The notes under the pieces were generated by a model. That model was given only the letters and a program-made list of their open reading frames with translations. It did not search any database and had not been told where the DNA came from. A stretch of 63,218 nt of DNA, filler included, from Octopus bimaculoides (taxonomy: Eukaryota): NCBI RefSeq assembly GCF_001194135.2. It is 8 parts of 7 records of this genome, joined end to end, with 100 filler letters (N's around TTAATTAATTAA, not from the genome) between each part and the next. Parts side by side here need not be neighbours in the genome. Positions count along the whole stretch, not along the records: positions 31,595 to 36,647 come from NC_068988.1; positions 36,748 to 41,143 come from NC_069005.1; positions 41,244 to 43,873 come from NC_069006.1; 5 more parts are not named here. One strand, 5' to 3'. The position numbers were made by a program, and so were the translations under genes. Each line of letters opens with the position of its first letter. Position 1 is the first letter of the stretch. Positions 31,655 to 43,090 of the stretch are shown here, piece after piece.

Positions 31655-33581
31655 CCTCCCCATATCTTCAATGAGATCGAGCGGGGTGGAGTCGTTTGAT
31701 GGAGGCGATGGACAGACTGAAGATCCTCGAATCGTAAACAAACAAGATAACAAAGGGGGAAACAGCAGAAACAAAACGTGTGGAATTGTGTACGTATATG
31801 TGGATGCGTGCATGAGTGTATGCGAGATTGTGTGTATGTGTATGTGTATGTGTGTGTGTGTGTGTGTGTGTGTTTATGTGCATGTGTTTAGGTGCGTGCG
31901 GTTTAGCCTGTTGCGTGCTTCTTTGCGAGTGATTACCATGCGTGTTTGTATATGTTTGTATATGTTTGTGTGTGTGTGTGTGTGTGAATATTTTATGTTT
32001 GTGTTTGCGTATGAGTTTGAGTGGTGGTCTTCGTAATTGTGTGTGCGCGCGTGCGGCGGTGTGTATGTATGTGTGTATGTGTGTGTGTATGTGTGTATGT
32101 GTGCTTATGCGTTCGTGTGTAAGTTTATACCCGGTGGGTGTGAGTTGATGAAAGTTATACAGATAAGGGGTTAAGATAGCGGAACAGAGTGGCAAAATAT
32201 TAAGTGAGAGAGAGAGAGAGAGAGGGGGGAGGCGAAGAAAGAAACAGAGAGAGAGGAGTGAGTGAAGGGGAGGAAGGAGAGGGAGACAGGAAGAGAGATA
32301 ATTGGAGAAGACAAGAGGGGGACAGAGAGAGGGAAATATATATATAGAGAGAGAGAGAGAACAGGAGCGTATGCGTATGCTACAAAGAACACGCGCCTGT
32401 GTGCGTGTGAGACTAGGGGAAAGAGAGAGTGTATATATATGTGTGTGTGAGGAAGAGACAGGGATAGAATGAATAAGTATTGAAGTGGGTGTGTATACAA
32501 ACAGAGAGATTGAGTGAGAGACAAATGAAGCAAGGTGCGAGTTGGAAGACACGGCAACAGGCGGCTGAGAAATGGAAGTATTTTCTTTCATTCAAGTTGA
32601 CGATGGATAATTAGTTGGACTAATTTCATTCTCTTTGATGAAGGGGGTAATTACTGGAAGCTGCAAACATTGCTGCTGCTGCTACTTTTTTTGTTTGTTA
32701 TTACTGTAGTAACTGGTACTGTCTGTACTAGTAACTGTGGTGGCATGTTCTCTATTATGGTTCATTACTGTGCATGCCGGCTGCTTCACGGTCCGCTGGC
32801 TGGCCTCGTGTTACTCACTTAGAAAGTTCCGTAAATTGTTTGCTCCTGTCACAGTATCAAATCTTCACTGGTAACTAAACTCAAGGCCAGTAGCTTTATT
32901 TATACACACGTATACATTCCAAACACATACGCACACATACACACATATATATGTATATATACACATACAGATATTGTTTACGTTTGTTACGGTGACGTAG
33001 TGTTATTGCACATTTATTTTGCTGTTCTGATTCCTTTCACGTGTTTTTGTTTCTTCGTTTATTGACTCGAATGTGCTCGCCTGTGTGTATGCGTGTATGT
33101 GTGTGTGTGTATGTGTGTGTGTGAATGTGTGTGTGTGAATGTGTGTGCGTGTGATCGTATGTTGCAGTGAGATGTAAGCATGCTAATATAGTTTCATTTA
33201 TTTGAGGAAATGTTTACAAGTGCACAAACAGCCCCCACGAGTCGTAAGGCAGAAATATGGTTATAAAAATATATATCTAACTGAATGCAGGTATTAACTA
33301 TCGAGGAAGAAAAAAAAAGGGGACTTGTATAATTAGATACGAATCCATACATGTTTTTTACACACGTACAAATATTTACACAAATATATGCATTAGTAGT
33401 TCCTTGCATGATCATTGTTATCACACTTTAGATTAATCGCTTTGTTAAACTATAAATAAATTAATTTCCCCACCTTGAGTACGTAGGGTGTAAACATCCA
33501 AAAACACAACGGCTTAGATCTAAACACCTATTTTTACACCTTCCTCTCTCTTGCTAACTCTCTATCTTTCTCTCCCCCTCT

Positions 33582-33622
<41 letters not shown>

Positions 33623-34240
33623 TCTCCCCATCTGTTTATCTCTTTCTTTCTCGCTCTCTCTATATATATTTATACATACATATATATACATACACATACA
33701 CATACAAACGTACATACATGTTTATATTCCATTATATATTTATACATCGAAATTAATATGTCTCCAAGAAGTTAATTCTACACCTCCTCTCACTTCCTTA
33801 TACACCCACTCATATTTACATGTGTGTATGTGTTTGTGAAATATGAAAGATAGATTGAGATAGATCCAACAAACCTAAGCTATACGTGTTTTGTGTATGC
33901 ATGTTTATAGGCTGGTGTATACACGCATGTATGTGTAAATTTAATTTCTAAACATTCTCCACCATACTTCACCCCGTTCCATAAGGAATTCTTCAAAATC
34001 GGTAACTGATTGGCGTTACTTGATATTTTTATAGATTTTTGAATAATGAGTACCCAACCGAGAAAAGCACATCTCTAGGATTATATCCAAAACAAAGAAG
34101 AAACGAAAAAAAAAAAAGAAAAAAAAAAAAGAAGCAGAAAGGAAACTAGAATCATTTGTAAATGTTACTGTAGTCGTTCTATTTCTAAACCCGAAATGAT
34201 CATTTCATTTCAGCCGAAGAAGCGGAATATTTATTTAATT

Positions 34241-35024
34241 ATGAAACCTTTATGTTTATTTTTTTTTACCTTGTTTCATACTCTTTGTTTCTTAAACGGA
34301 TTAGAAGTTAATAATAACAACAACAATAATAATAATAATAACAATAATAATCTAAATGATATTAATCTCAACAAAAGCAAAAATAACAACGATAATAATG
34401 ATAATAATAACACGTTGGAGAAAATCCTGAGGATATCGGTTATTTTGCCAGAGAACAATTGGTATTCTTATTCTATTTCGAGGACGCGTCCAGCACTGGA
34501 GTACGCTGTAGAATCTGTCAAATATCGATACAATCTGCTACCAAACTATAGGATTGAACTTTACTATAATGATTCCAAATGTTCCGACATTTTTGCTCCC
34601 TTGGCCGCCATTGACATGCGAAAATTGGCCCATGTATTCATTGGGCCCGTTTGTGAGTACAGCATTGCACCAATTGCCAGATTTTCCCCTTACTGGGGAA
34701 TTCCTGTGTTGAGTGCTGGGGCAATGGTAAATGCTTTCAGAAATAAAACTAATTACAAGCTGTTAACACGAGTTCATGGAACGTTTTATAAAGCCGGCGA
34801 GTTTTTCTTGAGAATGTGTCGGCATTTTAATTGGACGAAAATTGGTTTGATGTACGAACAATATGAAGACGATTCGAAAGGGATGTCACGTTGCTATTTC
34901 ACCTTAGAAGGTATATTTAAAAATTGGAATTCCTACTATAACACAGAAGTTTGGAATTTAAAAGTTTATGACACTATCGAGGATTTCACCGAGCATCTTT
35001 TAAAAGCGTCATTGGAGGCTAGAA
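34241..35024 (+). CDS. Natriuretic-peptide-receptor / receptor guanylyl cyclase-like protein, first coding exon (signal peptide + ANF-receptor ligand-binding domain)
   Basis: MKPLCLFFFTLFHTLCFLNG signal-like; RISVILP..YSISRTRPALEYA; CSDIFAP; FIGPVCEYSIAPIARFSPYWGIPVLSAGA; LLTRV; RCYFTLEG. Phase-1 donor AGAA|gtaagt at 35024. The ORF track's upstream Met (34196) is probably intronic (acceptor ttcatttcag at 34213). Confidence 0.9.
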
Positions 35025-35164
35025 GTAAGTATGTCAAAAGATTTTTCTATCATTCAGTCGACTGTCCAGATATTTTATGCAGTTTCATAGTTTTGCAAAT
35101 TAAACATAACTTCATCGACAGAAACATGGAAGAAAAATATGAAGTTCGAATATTAACGTTATTA

Positions 35165-35375
35165 TAGCACGCCGGACAAAATGCTCAGCGGAATATTTTA
35201 CCCATCTTCTCGTTCTGAGTTCAAATTCCGCCGAGGTCAACTTTGCCTTTCATCCTCTCGGGCTCGACAGAAAAAAAAAAAGAAAAAAAAAAAATCCCGG
35301 TTGAGCCCTGGGGTCGAAGTAATCGACTAGCTCCTTCCCCACGAAATTCCAAGCCTTATGCCTATAGTAGAAATG

Positions 35376-35377
<2 letters not shown>
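35165..35377 (+). mobile_element. SINE family B (copy 1 of tandem trio)
   Basis: tagcacgccggacaaaatgct...gttctgagttcaaattccgccgaggtcaactttgcctttcatcc..ggggtcga; (ATT)n tail. Confidence 0.8.
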
Positions 35378-35449
<72 letters not shown>

Positions 35450-35463
35450 CATTATTATTATAC

Positions 35464-35665
35464 TGGTAGAATTGTTAGCACACCGGGCGAATTGTTTAGC
35501 AGCATTTCGTCCGTCTATACGTTCTGATTTCAAATTCCGCCGCGGACGACCATGCCTTTCATTCTTTCGGGATCGATATTATTAAGTACCAGTTGAGTAC
35601 TGGTGTCGATGTAGTCGACTTAACTCCTCCCCCAAAGATTCATGCCTTGTGCCTATAGTAGAAAG
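35464..35665 (+). mobile_element. SINE family B (copy 2)
   Basis: tggtagaattgttagcacaccgggcg...ttcaaattccgcc...taagtaccag...tagtagaaag. Confidence 0.8.
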
Positions 35666-35687
35666 CATGATTATTATTATACTTGTA

Positions 35688-35890
35688 ATTGGCAGAATCG
35701 TTAGGCCACCGGGTGAAATGCTTGGCGATATTTTGTCTGTCGCTACGTTCTGAGTTCAAATTCCGCTGAGATCGACTTGCCCGTTCATCCTTTCGGGGTC
35801 GATACATTAAGTACCAGTGAAACACTGGGGTCGATGTAGTCTACTTATCCCCTCCCAGCAAAAGCGGCTGCCCTTGTGGCAAAATTTGAA
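35688..35890 (+). mobile_element. SINE family B (copy 3)
   Basis: ttggcagaatcgttag...gttctgagttcaaattccgc...taagtaccagtgaaacactggggtcgat. Confidence 0.8.
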
Positions 35891-35903
35891 CCCATCATCA
35901 TCA

Positions 35904-35952
<49 letters not shown>

Positions 35953-35956
<4 letters not shown>

Positions 35957-36075
35957 TACTTTTATTTTTATAACGTGCTTTCACTTCACTACCGAGCGCA
36001 GCTCTGTGTGCCTTGGGTATGTGCTGTGGTTTGCTGTGATGCTCTTATGGTTACTGTATTGAAAGTGTTTTGCGT
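35953..36075 (-). mobile_element. R4/Dong 3'UTR fragment inserted in (ATT)n
   Basis: Reverse complement of the 1570-1680 3' end (ctttcaatacagtaaccataagag..gtagtgaagtgaaagcacgttataa); (ATT)n on both sides. Confidence 0.85.
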
Positions 36076-36083
36076 AATCATCA

Positions 36084-36123
<40 letters not shown>

Positions 36124-36647
36124 TATTATGTTCTGTTTTCTCATAAGAGGGGTAAGGGTGAGAGAATAAAACGTAAACTATTGCTTTTGGTGATGATGCT
36201 GTGATTTAGACTTAGAAAAACTCTGATCCTCCATTGTACAATTAGGTACAAACCATGAACAATAGGTTCTGTTGTTGTTGTTTTTGCTGAAGCGATAGGT
36301 AGGTTTGTATTGCCGGGAAAATTTGATTTCGTAATGTAAAGAGCAGTCAACAAGACTACATTAACAATTACGGGGGTAGGGGTAGAGTTACTGCTGGAAG
36401 AATTAAGAAACTAATACTGCCATCACTATCACAGCTACTGTTATCATCACTGATACTGCTCTGCTGGTGGTGCTGCTGCTGTTGCAGTTCATAAATATTT
36501 GTCAAGTTATATTGCAATATCGTTCGCGTCAATTTTGACTACAGTTGATAAATTCATAAGAATGACACCGTCACCACCACCACCACTACCGGCACTACCG
36601 CCACCACCACCACCACCACAACCACTGCTACCCTCACTACTACTACT

Positions 36648-36747
36648 NNNNNNNNNNNNNNNNNNNNNNNNNNNNNNNNNNNNNNNNNNNNTTAATTAAT
36701 TAANNNNNNNNNNNNNNNNNNNNNNNNNNNNNNNNNNNNNNNNNNNN
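36648..36747. other. Scaffold-join spacer (4 of 7)
   Basis: 44N + TTAATTAATTAA (36692-36703) + 44N. Confidence 0.92.
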
Positions 36748-36934
36748 GTAGTAGTGGTGGTGGTTGTGGTGGTGGTGGTGGTGACGGCAGCGGCGGAAGG
36801 TGCAGTGATAGGTAAGTGGGCGTCGTGATGAAATGCAGACAAAACAGACAGGCAGACAGACAGACAGACAGACAGACAGACTTATAGTGGAGTCTGAGTG
36901 GATGAAGATGCTGGGTGGATGGAGTAAAAGAGAA

Positions 36935-36967
<33 letters not shown>

Positions 36968-38571
36968 GAGGGAATGGAGTGAGGAGGAAGTGAATGAGTA
37001 TCAGGTGAAGTTAAGTAGTTGATGGGTGTGTCATTGGTTACTAGGCTGCCTGGCAGGTATAAACTTTTCATTACATTTCGATGTTGTTGTTGTTGTTGTT
37101 AATGATGCTGTTGCTATTGTTGTTCTTCTATTTCTTCACTTCCTTTTCTTTCTTCCTATTTAACCCCTGGTCTGTTCTTTCCTATAGACCAGTTATTCTC
37201 AACCATTCTTTATCTATGGATCCCTTTGACTGCTATTTTATTCCGTCCCACAAAGTCATTCGGTGTTTAAAAACTAGTTTTATAGAATCTTCTTTCAAAA
37301 TTCCTATTTTGTTCTTTACACATAAACTTGTGTAGGTTGAACGACGCGGAAGAAGCCGACTTGTTTCTTGCTTTACATACTAATACATACATCTAAAGTA
37401 AATAGTTTCAGGGGCCCTTAAATTACTATTGTCGCTCCCCAATTTATTATTGTGTTGCGTGGACCCCTAAAAGTCTTATATGGACCCTAAAGGGCCGTAT
37501 GGACCCAGTTGAGACCTGTGATCAAAAGAAACCTGACCTTCATCATACTTGATTTTACTTAGAATAACACTGAATCCAGGGTTAGATTATCTCGTGTTTC
37601 CTTCTGTTTGTTAATTCAAGAGCGAATGAGTCAAAAGAGATTTTCCAGTTATTTCTTGAAAATGGCGGAAATATTTTTATCTTAACCAAAATATTAACAA
37701 AACCCAAAATATTTTACATTGATTCGTCCGAATCGTACCTCGATTCGTCGGACATGCTTACTAATTAAGAACACGCTGGAGGTGGCGGAGATTTGTCCCC
37801 CACCCCCGCTAACGATATAACAAGAGTGCAATCGCTGGCGGGGATATGAGTCGCTGCTATCTCTAGCTGTCGAGCGTCCATCGTTAATAAGCCCAAAGAA
37901 GGTCGAAATCACATGATTTGTTGGTCTGCCGCTGAAGGTGGCGGGGTTTCTCTCTCCGTTAGCGATATAAACAAAAGCGCATTTTGCACCAAAAGCCAAT
38001 ATGAGAGTTTCTTTCATGGTTTTTGCCGCAGTATACTTTGTTCTAACAGAACATCCATGTTTAAGTAGAGATAAATATTACCAATTAAGAACAGCGTTTT
38101 GCTTGCGAGATGGTGTCGTTCAAATACTACCGTCTCCTTTATAGAAGCTAGCAGACGAAGCAAATCACGAAATAATCGAGTCCTTATGAGAGATCTTCTC
38201 TAACTTTTGTTATTAATACTGCTTCTGCCGCTATTAATTATTTTTTTTTAATAAGCCTACTGGCTATTTGCGACACCAGTACCTCAATAAGCACTGAGAT
38301 TTTATATATCGTAGACAGGAGTTTTGGCTGTTATCGTTTTACTGGATATCAGTCACTGAGGAACCCATAGCAGGGGAAAATCAAGTGATCTGGCTGCTCT
38401 GGCGAGCGTAACAGACCATTTTCGTCTGCCAATGATGTAATTATGAGTGCTTTTATGCATCTTCGACTCTTTAGGTGAGATCCTCTCAATGTAAATAACG
38501 TAGTATCCTGTGTTCTGATAATTCATACTGAGTGAATTGACGGTAGGATCTAACGAAGCTCTTATTTAAAC

Positions 38572-38679
38572 AATCACCTGAAGAGGCGCACGTTACGCCT
38601 AGGATGTATGATTATGATTACCCAATATCTCACCGACGAGTTACGACCGTAAAAGTGTGTCGAAACAATTGTGGTGATT
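38572..38679 (+). ncRNA. Candidate hammerhead motif with extended stem II
   Basis: aatcac|CTGAAGA|ggcgcac..long loop..gtgtgtc|GAAA|CaattGT|G|gtgatt. Stem I is 6-bp perfect; stem III is the palindrome ACAATTGT; the cleavage triplet is GUG (non-canonical). Confidence 0.5.
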
Positions 38680-38849
38680 TTTAAATAAAGAATTTCGCTC
38701 ATTCCATTTCTTCCCATCATTTATCTATTTATATAAACTATGCGGGTATCATTCCTGATGTATATCCTGCAGCAGGAGCATTTCCACAGTATGATGACAT
38801 CAGGTAGTCAATAACTGTGGACGAGCTTTACATAGCATGCTATAAGCTT

Positions 38850-39090
38850 TTGATCACGTGACCGACCAGGCTATCAGATGTTACACACTGCTGGTCACAA
38901 GGCGTCTTTGCATTGCTTTAACCTTCAAATGACGCCACCCTGCTGGCTAGGTGAGCAGGGCAACATTTCCCGCTAATCAAAAGGGTGACTGAAGCAACGT
39001 GAAATGAAGTATTTTGCTCAAGAGCACAACGCACCGTTCAATCAGGGAATCGAACCCACGATCTAGCGATCGTGAGTGCAACGCGCCTTC
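38850..39090 (-). mobile_element. SINE family C-related copy
   Basis: gggaatcgaacccacgatctagcgatcgtgagtgcaacgc is a minus-strand B-box head; the body resembles 62420-62655. Confidence 0.6.
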
Positions 39091-39648
39091 ACAAGCTTTT
39101 GATATACCTGTAATTATGCAAATTATACAGGCAGCAAATGTGTTCTAGTCAGTTCTTTGGTTACTGGAGATAAGATCGGAAATAAAAATTTGTCACGCTG
39201 ATAACACCTATTGGGCCAGAAATATGTGTCCACTACTTTCGTCTGACCTACAGACAATAAATCTGTTCTTTTCCTTAATGGTATGTCATCTTTGGAGAAT
39301 TCTTGATTCTTGTGATTATCTCCCCTTCTCAAGTGATGCCGGTCATAATCGTCATTCGGTAATTATGAAGCATCTTCTAAAGGCGGAGATACACCTGTAT
39401 TTGTGGATATATTCAGTAGTATTTTGTACAAAAAAATCGAAGCCAGTACTTATTTTCTTTAAAGGATGGTACATATTCTGTCGATCACTTTTGCGAACCA
39501 CTACGATACGGTGGTCCACACAAACAAACGCAGGTTCTCAAGTGTTAGGGAGGAAAAGACACATACGCGTCACATATGCGCAACAAGATTCCACACAGTT
39601 TCAGTTTACCAAATTCAGAGTCTCTTCTTCTTCTTCTTCTTCTTCTTT

Positions 39649-39845
39649 AGGAAGCAAGCTGGCTGGAGTGTTAGCACGCCGGAGAAAATGCATAGCGACT
39701 TTTCGTCCGTCTTTACGTTCTGAGTGCAAATTCCGCCGAGGTTGACCTCACCTTTCATTCTTTTAGGGTCAATAAAATAGGCAACCAGTTGAAGAATAAG
39801 GCAGATGTAATCAACTTGCGTGGCTTGTGCCAAAATTTGAAACCA
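39649..39845 (+). mobile_element. SINE family B
   Basis: gctggctggagtgttagcacgccgg...cgttctgagtgcaaattccgccgagg...ttgtgccaaaatttgaaacc. Confidence 0.75.
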
Positions 39846-40420
39846 TTATTATCATTATAATTAACATTGAGTGAGAGAGCAGTGCATGCCATCAGAGTGA
39901 TACCGAAGTTAAATATACGAAACCCAATATGCCGATCATTGCTACCCGTCTGATAAGGAAGGATACACCAGACACATACATCACAACCATATGTAGGCGA
40001 CACGGTGATCTCATACCAAGAGAGTCCTTGCAGATGGGGCCCAGATAGAATTTTCTTCAGGTCTAGTAGCCAATCCCGCTTAAAAGGTCACTGAATAAGG
40101 GTTGTTTAAAGATGTTGAAAGAAACACACATGTTTCCAAAAGTGAATTATCCAAACCCCAAAGAATCCCTCTCCACACATGGCTATGATGCTTCCCCACT
40201 ATTTCTGCTCGTGATCAGAGATGCACATATCATCACCCACTAAATGATATGCTCAACTGGTTAAGGTCAAACAACTGACAAGCAAATCTGTGGTATTGAG
40301 AAGAATATTTGCTGTGGCCCATCTTTTATACCAAGACAAAACAATGTACATGATAACACTTCCAATCAGTTAAGAGCAGAAGCCATGAGAGTAACTGCCT
40401 GGTATTGCATCATGACATTT
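39845..40420 (-). mobile_element. (AAT)n-tailed retroelement 3' region, family D
   Basis: Reverse complement of 41244-41548 (cctgaagaaaattcta..gggcccca..atcagacgggtag..ggcatgcactgctctctcactcaat). Confidence 0.7.
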
Positions 40421-40421
<1 letters not shown>

Positions 40422-40480
<59 letters not shown>

Positions 40481-40509
40481 GCTGTTGTTGTTGTTGTTGC
40501 TGCTGCTGC

Positions 40510-40555
<46 letters not shown>
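40422..40555 (+). repeat. (GTT)n/(GCT)n microsatellite
   Basis: Directly visible trinucleotide run. Confidence 0.95.
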
Positions 40556-40744
40556 AAAGCGGTGAGCTGCCAGAATCTTTAGCACGGTGGACGAAATGCT
40601 TAGCGGTATTTTGCCCGTCGCTACGTTCTGAGTTCAAACTCCGCCGAGACCGATCTTGCCGTTCATCCTTTCGGGATCGATAAATTGAGTACCAGTGAAA
40701 CACTGGGGTCGATGTAATTGACTAGTGCCCTTGGTAGAAAGGTA

Positions 40745-40745
<1 letters not shown>
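40556..40745 (+). mobile_element. SINE family B, near full length
   Basis: aaagcggtgagctgccagaatc...gttctgagttcaaactccgcc...gagtaccagtgaaacactggggtcgat; (ATT)(GTT) tail. Confidence 0.85.
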
Positions 40746-40775
<30 letters not shown>

Positions 40776-40795
40776 GTTGTTGTTGTTGTTGTTGC

Positions 40796-40826
<31 letters not shown>

Positions 40827-41104
40827 ACTTGCATGTAGCTTTGTTTTAAGATTTAATCTAATGCATCTGTAATATACTGTCCTAAACTTCTTACGTATCT
40901 GTTGCGACATCAATTCTACTTCATTGGTTATTAGGCAGTTTATGTTTGCGATTTGTCTCGTTCACTTATCTATATTGTGTTATCTAATGTAATATTAGTT
41001 TTTAAACCCTCACTTCAAGGTAACCTTGAGCCATTGTTCTAACCAAAATCTCATATCAATTCCTCAAGTAAACATACTTGACTCAATCAGAGAATTATCA
41101 ATAT

Positions 41105-41143
<39 letters not shown>

Positions 41144-41243
41144 NNNNNNNNNNNNNNNNNNNNNNNNNNNNNNNNNNNNNNNNNNNNTTAATTAATTAAN
41201 NNNNNNNNNNNNNNNNNNNNNNNNNNNNNNNNNNNNNNNNNNN
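41144..41243. other. Scaffold-join spacer (5 of 7)
   Basis: 44N + TTAATTAATTAA (41188-41199) + 44N. Confidence 0.92.
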
Positions 41244-41548
41244 ATAATTCACCTTTGGAAACATGGGTGTTTTGCTCAACATCCTTAAACAACCCTTATT
41301 CAGGGACCTTTTGAGCGAGATGGGCTACTCGACCTGAAAAAAATTCTAACTGGGCCCCACCTGCGAGGTCATGCGCTGTTTATCTTGATACAAGATCAGT
41401 ATGTCATGTACATATGGTTGTGATGCATGTGCCTGGTGTACCCTTATCAGACGGGTAGTCATGATGGGTATATTGGGCTTCGTATATTTTACCCCAGTGT
41501 CACTTTGATGGCATGCACTGCTCTCTCACTCAATAATAATAATAATTA
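41244..41548 (+). mobile_element. Family D retroelement 3' end
   Basis: Homologous to 39845-40420 in the opposite orientation; ends ctcactcaataataataat. Confidence 0.7.
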
Positions 41549-42021
41549 TACACATACAACTTCATTAATCTCATCACATACACAAATGATATTATCTATT
41601 TATCTATCTATCCATAAGTCCGTCTAATTGGTTTATTTCTATATCTTATTTTCCCCATTTTATTTTATATTCTGATGGTAATGCAGTAATATTATTATCT
41701 GCGAACTGTTTCGGTTATTTATGCGTATATAACAATAAAATTATTTCGACACAATATTTATGTAGGATGCAATGAAAATAGCAATAACGTTGAATAACTT
41801 GCAACTATAGTTAATAGTTGTTATTCCACAGGAAGAAGTTAACTGACAGATAATTTGTCCCGCCGCTTTAAAACTTTTAATTTTCGTCAAATCCCGCCCA
41901 ACTGAAATATACGTAGGTGTATACGTTTATGTATGTATATATATGTGTGTGTGTGTATATGTGTCGCCATAGATATAAATACATGTTAATATCTCTCTCT
42001 CACTGTATATGTGAATATATT

Positions 42022-42232
42022 TTTTACTTTTTACTGTCATTACACTGCGGCAATGCTGGGGCACTGTCTTGATGCGTTTAGTCGAAGAAATCGACCCTGG
42101 GGTTTGTTAGTTTTAAAATCTGGGACGTATTCTATTGACAGCTTTTGCCGAACAGCTAGGTAACGAGTAAGTAAATAAACCAACACTATCAAGCGGTGCT
42201 GGAAGGCAAACACGATCACACACACACACAGG
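42022..42232 (-). mobile_element. SINE family A 3' half
   Basis: tttttactgtcattacactgcggcaatgctggggcac..gtcgaagaaatcgaccc..caagcggtgctggaaggcaaacac. Confidence 0.7.
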
Positions 42233-42692
42233 TGCAGGTGTGGCTTTGTGGTAAGAAGCTGGCTTCTCAACCATATGGTTCTAGGTTCAGTCCGACTGTG
42301 TGGCACCTTGGACAAGAGTCTAATACAATAGCCTCGGGTCTTACCAACCACATGGTTCCGGGTTCATTCCCACTGCATGGCACCTTGGACAAGTGTCTTC
42401 TGCAATAGCCTCGGGCTGACCAAAGCCATGTGAGTGGATTTGGTAGACGGAAACTGAAAGAAGCCCATCGTATGCATGTGTATAAATATGTTTGTGTTTG
42501 TCCCTCCAGCATCGCTTGACAACTGATGGTGGTGTGTTTATGTCACCGTAACTTAGCGGTTCGGCAAAAGTTACCGATAGAGTAAGTACTAGGCTTCCAA
42601 AGAATAAGTCCTGGGGTCGATTTGCTTGATTAAAGGCGGTGCTCCAGCATGGCCACAGTCAAATGACTGAAACAAGTAAAAGAGTAAAGAGT
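42233..42692 (+). mobile_element. SINE family A with duplicated head
   Basis: Two successive ccatatggttc/ccacatggttcc..caccttggacaag heads, then the standard body and aagtaaaagagtaaagag tail. Confidence 0.85.
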
Positions 42693-42859
42693 AATATATC
42701 AAAATAAGCAACAAGGATATCCAGAGGTAATGCAGTACGATCGTTTCATGCAACTCCATTTAATTGAACAATGCAACCATTACATCAATTTAAATGCAGA
42801 GCAATCCTCAGCTGCACAAAGACATAGAATTTAATTAAATTAAAACGGATGAACACATT

Positions 42860-43090
42860 AGTATAATTTTACTTAAAATCTCCTAGAAGTTAAGGGGACA
42901 GACAAAGAACATGCTACCTTCACTGTTTCACTGTGAGGAAACAACAAACCAGCTGTATTAGTTTGACGCTTAGGAAAACTGGAAGAAGTCTTTGATGTTT
43001 CAAACCTATGCTCTTCCACAGAAACAAAACATGGAAAGAAAAGAGAGGTAAAAACAGAGAGGTGGGGGAAAGAAACAGAGAAAAATGTCT
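42860..43090 (-). mobile_element. Penelope-like pLTR remnant with degenerate hammerhead-like motif
   Basis: Minus strand: pyrimidine tract then ctgtggaagagcataggtttGAAAcatcaaagac (42988-43026). Confidence 0.4.

Noticed and set aside
31668-32591. 307-aa minus-strand ORF
   Set aside because: Composed of (CT)n and (CA)n translations (SL and HT runs); no domain.
34196-34240. Upstream ATG of the 323-aa ORF, and its extension beyond 35024
   Set aside because: The N-terminal 15 codons span a likely acceptor and would displace the signal peptide; residues after LEAR are intron read-through past a canonical gtaagt.
37694-38017. 107-aa minus-strand ORF
   Set aside because: No recognisable domain, and part of it is a dispersed repeat also seen at 61416-61480.
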